Assembly (NCBI GenBank): GCA_963737655.1 | Contig: CAVTTN010000002.1 | Location: forward strand, 704,001 to 768,000 | DNA: 64,000 bases | Source: an uncultured Planctomycetota bacterium | Lineage (GTDB): Bacteria > Planctomycetota > Planctomycetia > Isosphaerales > Isosphaeraceae | Reading direction: 5' to 3' | In this document: one piece after another, positions 61,059 to 64,000 of the stretch | Layout of the letters: each line of letters begins with the position of its first letter | Position numbering within the stretch: position 1 is the stretch's first letter | Notes under the pieces: generated by a model | Databases searched by the model: none | What the model was told of the DNA's origin: nothing | Seen by the model: only the letters and a program-made list of their open reading frames with translations | Position numbers and translations under genes: made by a program

Positions 61059-61301
61059 TCAGTTCGCCTCGACGAGGCGGTCGGACGAGGCCAGTTGATT
61101 GGCGAGATGCGCCGCGTCGGAAGCCCGGCGGGCGTCGGCATACTTGGCCAGCGGGGCCGAGAAGGTCCCGTCGCCATAGACCCCAACCACGGTGAAGAGA
61201 CCGTGGGCTTCGCTGGTCTCGGCCCGGGTGAACAACCCGGATCGGATCAGGGAAGCCAGGTTTCTCTGCCAGAGCTGGGTATCGGCCAGTTTCGCGGTCA
61301 T
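61059..61301 (-). CDS. Small hypothetical protein
   Basis: MTAKLADTQLWQRNLASLIRSGLF...; protein-like composition and a purine-rich RBS. Confidence 0.6.
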   Translation of the reverse strand: MTAKLADTQLWQRNLASLIRSGLFTRAETSEAHGLFTVVGVYGDGTFSAPLAKYADARRASDAAHLANQLASSDRLVEAN

Positions 61302-62122
61302 GGCGAGCCCCTGAGCTGTTGGATGAGGACCTGTCCTTGGCCGGGACGGGCCTGCGGATCGCCCATCCTCTTCCATTCTAGACGTTGAAACGGGCCGGAA
61401 AGTTTTCCGAGCTTCAAAATTTCGCGCCCGGGCCTCCTCCGCCCCCCCTCACGAGCCGCGATGGCCGGACCTTCCGAATCGGGAGGCTCGGACACCGTAT
61501 TATCGGGACTGATCCCCTGGTTGTCATCACCAACCCGACCGTTTGACATCTCCGCGCTGACAGAGACCATCATCGGGTCCGACAATTCGCGGGCATGTCG
61601 GGTTCGCGAGTCAGAACACCCGGGCGGTCAAGCAAATCCAGGGCCGTTGGACCGCGATCGACCTTCCCCGCCCGGATTCGGACGCCGAGAACCCGCCTCG
61701 CCGACTCGCCCGGACGCCTCGGCTCGGCCCGCCGACGTGAGAATTTCCAGAGAATATGAGACAGAATCCTCGCGAAAACGCCGACGACGAGCGTCCGGCC
61801 GATCCCGCGACCTCTTTTGTACCGGGACGCTCGGCGGCGGCGCGCGGATTCAGGAACGCGGCAGTCCCGCGCGATTCTTAGGCACGGACCGCGCGATCCC
61901 GGATCGCGAGCCATTTCCCGGCCCGGTCAAGCTTAGAATCCAGCCGCGAAGGGGCATGGCTGCGGATTTCTTCCCAATTTGGGGCCTCTGCGCAACCTGG
62001 AGTAGGATCCGGAACTCGATGGGTTGGGAGGGGAGGGGCGGGGAGCGGCGTGAGTCCTCTTGATCGCGGGCCGGCATCCTGGGCAAGATCGTCGAACCCG
62101 TCCCGAGAGGATGCCTTCGCCG

Positions 62123-62803
62123 ATGAACCGCTCCAAACTCGGCCCGAATCGCCTGGTCCCGGGACCCCTGGTCCCGCTTACCTCGGGACCGGGGCGGCGG
62201 CTGGGCCGCAAGGTGTTGGTCCGAGGGGGGTTGGTGGCGGTCGTCCTGACGGCCGTGGTCCTGCTGCATCGCCCGGTGCTGGCGGGATTCGCCGGGCTGT
62301 TCCGGGTGGACGACCCGGCGCCGTCGGATGCCCTGGTCGTCCTTCTGGGCGGCCTGAGCCACCGACCGGCCCACGCCGCCGAGCTGTTCGCCCGAGGGAT
62401 CGCCCCGGTCGTCCTGATCGGCACGTCGGCCATCGAGGGGGCGTCGCGGAGGAACGAGACCGAGGAGTCGGTCCGGGAGCTCGTCCAGCTCGGCGTCCCG
62501 CGATCGGCGATCGTGGTCCTGCCCGGCACGGTCACCAGCACGAGGGACGAAGCCCGGAGGGTGGCCGACTACGCCGAGAGCCACGCCCTCCGCCGGATCA
62601 CCGTGGTCACGAGCGCCTTCCACACCGCGAGGGCCCGCTGGATCTTCCGCAAGATCTTGAAGGGCCAGGAGATCGACATCCGAATGGCCGCCGCCCCTCA
62701 TCCCGATTTCACCGAGGCGTCGTGGTACAAGACCGACGAAGGCATGGTCATGTACTTCACGGAAGCCTTCAAGACGCTCTACTATCGGCTGGTCTATTCG
62801 TAG
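62123..62803 (+). CDS. YdcF/DUF218 family protein
   Basis: DALVVLLGG, STRDEA, VVTSAFHTARA, E.FK. Start uncertain (62060-62123). Confidence 0.88.
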   Translation: MNRSKLGPNRLVPGPLVPLTSGPGRRLGRKVLVRGGLVAVVLTAVVLLHRPVLAGFAGLFRVDDPAPSDALVVLLGGLSHRPAHAAELFARGIAPVVLIGTSAIEGASRRNETEESVRELVQLGVPRSAIVVLPGTVTSTRDEARRVADYAESHALRRITVVTSAFHTARARWIFRKILKGQEIDIRMAAAPHPDFTEASWYKTDEGMVMYFTEAFKTLYYRLVYS

Positions 62804-63752
62804 GACGGGCGTCGGCCGCCAGGGCGAGTGCCCCGTGGATCACGACCTCCTCGCCGAGCGTCGCGGTCACGACGTCATAAGTGCCGCGAAATGGCGGGAA
62901 GACCTTCTCCGCCAAAGCCTTGCGGATCGGGTCGAGCCAGAGGTCGTCGCGGATCAGCGAGACCCCTCCGCCGAGGATGATCCGCCGGGGGCTGAGCAAG
63001 GTCACGGCGTGGGCGAGGCCCTGGGCCATCGCCCGGACGGACCGCTGAAGGATCGCGTTGGCCTGGGAGTCGCCCAGTTCGGCGGCCTTCGCAACCACTT
63101 GCGCCGTGACCCTTTCGGGATCGGCCCCGCAAAGGCCCGTCATCAGGGTGGCTTCCCGCCCATCCCGGGCCCGTTCCACGATCCGCCGACCCTCCGAGGC
63201 GATCGCCCATCCCGAGGCCGCCTTTTCCAGGGTGAGGACGTCTCGGTCCATCGACTCCTCATCAACGATCCAGAGATGGCCAATCTCGATCGCGCCCACG
63301 CCCGATCCGCGATAAATCTGGCCGTCGATCACGAGCCCGCCGCCGATCCCGCTGCCGCTGTTGACGTAAAGGATCGGCGAGAGCCCGGCCCCGGCGCCGA
63401 ATCGGGCCTCGCCCAGGGCGGCGGTGTCGGCGTCGTTCTGGAGGACGACGTGCGGGACCTTCAGGACGTCTCGCGCCCACTGGACCAGGGGAAATCCGTC
63501 CCAACCGGCAATCTGGTTGGAGGTTGTGACGATCCCTCGATCGGCGTCCACCGGCCCGCCGAAGCCGATTCCGGCCGCGACGACCTGCCCTCGCCACGGG
63601 GCGAAGGCGTCGAGGATCTGGGTCCGGATGCCCTCGGCGCCCTTCGCGGGATCGACCGCGAGGCGGACGAGATCGGCGATCCGCCCATCGCCGGCCCCTC
63701 GGCCAAGCTGGAGTTTCGTGCCGCCGATCTCGATACCGAGGAGGTGGGCCAC
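62769..63752 (-). CDS. ROK family sugar kinase
   Basis: GIEIGGTK, GIGFGGPVD, NDADTAALGE, GSGIGGG, EIGH, ILGGGV. Confidence 0.93.
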   Translation of the reverse strand: MAHLLGIEIGGTKLQLGRGAGDGRIADLVRLAVDPAKGAEGIRTQILDAFAPWRGQVVAAGIGFGGPVDADRGIVTTSNQIAGWDGFPLVQWARDVLKVPHVVLQNDADTAALGEARFGAGAGLSPILYVNSGSGIGGGLVIDGQIYRGSGVGAIEIGHLWIVDEESMDRDVLTLEKAASGWAIASEGRRIVERARDGREATLMTGLCGADPERVTAQVVAKAAELGDSQANAILQRSVRAMAQGLAHAVTLLSPRRIILGGGVSLIRDDLWLDPIRKALAEKVFPPFRGTYDVVTATLGEEVVIHGALALAADARPTNRPADSRAS

Positions 63753-63867
63753 CGCCGAATCTCCGTCTCAGACGCCCCTCGGGAACCGACCCGACTGACG
63801 CCCCTCCTCCCGCTTTTCGACGAGGGGAGAAGAAGGGGAACTCGTCCCGTCGTTCGGAGCGATTCGC

Positions 63868-64000
63868 GTGCGAAGGACCGTCGCCGTCGCCCTCCTGATC
63901 GGCCACCTGGCCGCGATCCTGGAGTTGACGCTCGTGATGTTCCCCGGCGACCACCCGCCGCCGAACCTCGTGCCGTTCCGGTCCATCCTCCACGACTGCC
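63868..64000 (+). CDS. VanZ-like membrane protein (partial, runs off the window)
   Basis: GTG start; MRRTVAVALLIGHLAAILELTLVMFP...NLVPFRSI. Confidence 0.55.
   Translation, partial: MRRTVAVALLIGHLAAILELTLVMFPGDHPPPNLVPFRSILHDC

Noticed and set aside
37..64000. Many long antisense or overlapping ORFs (e.g. 37..1614+, 5994..7721+, 30213..32981+, 51315..54059-)
   Set aside because: Shadow ORFs expected in high-GC DNA opposite real genes; Arg/Gly/Pro-rich with no recognisable motifs.

Overview
GC-rich bacterial chromosome segment, most likely a planctomycete (DUF1549/DUF1553 and DUF1501 genes, LEPR-XLL-type secreted proteins, an ECF sigma/Ser-Thr kinase pair, very large prepilin-type proteins). 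The order is: a type IV pilus/T2SS-like cluster (three pilin-like genes, pilC, two PilB/GspE ATPases, pilT; 1-11 kb), a sugar dehydrogenase-cytochrome c gene, and then the standout feature, an apparently complete retron on the minus strand. The retron has a near-consensus sigma70 promoter (TTGACA-17-TATGTT), a ~170-nt msr-msd RNA closed by a1/a2 inverted repeats with a candidate branching G, and an intact 446-aa retron-type RT. A tightly linked single-TM gene of unknown function follows it and is a candidate uncharacterised effector. The rest holds an FG-GAP protein, AraC/SDR, GH55, a methyltransferase plus M35-like peptidase islet bracketed by short repeats, kinase-WD40 genes, ppdK, ABC and MMPL transporters, housekeeping genes and several intergenic inverted-repeat families. 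About 15 apparent frameshifts in otherwise intact genes point to long-read indel errors rather than real pseudogenes. All family assignments come from motif recognition by eye, not from database searches.
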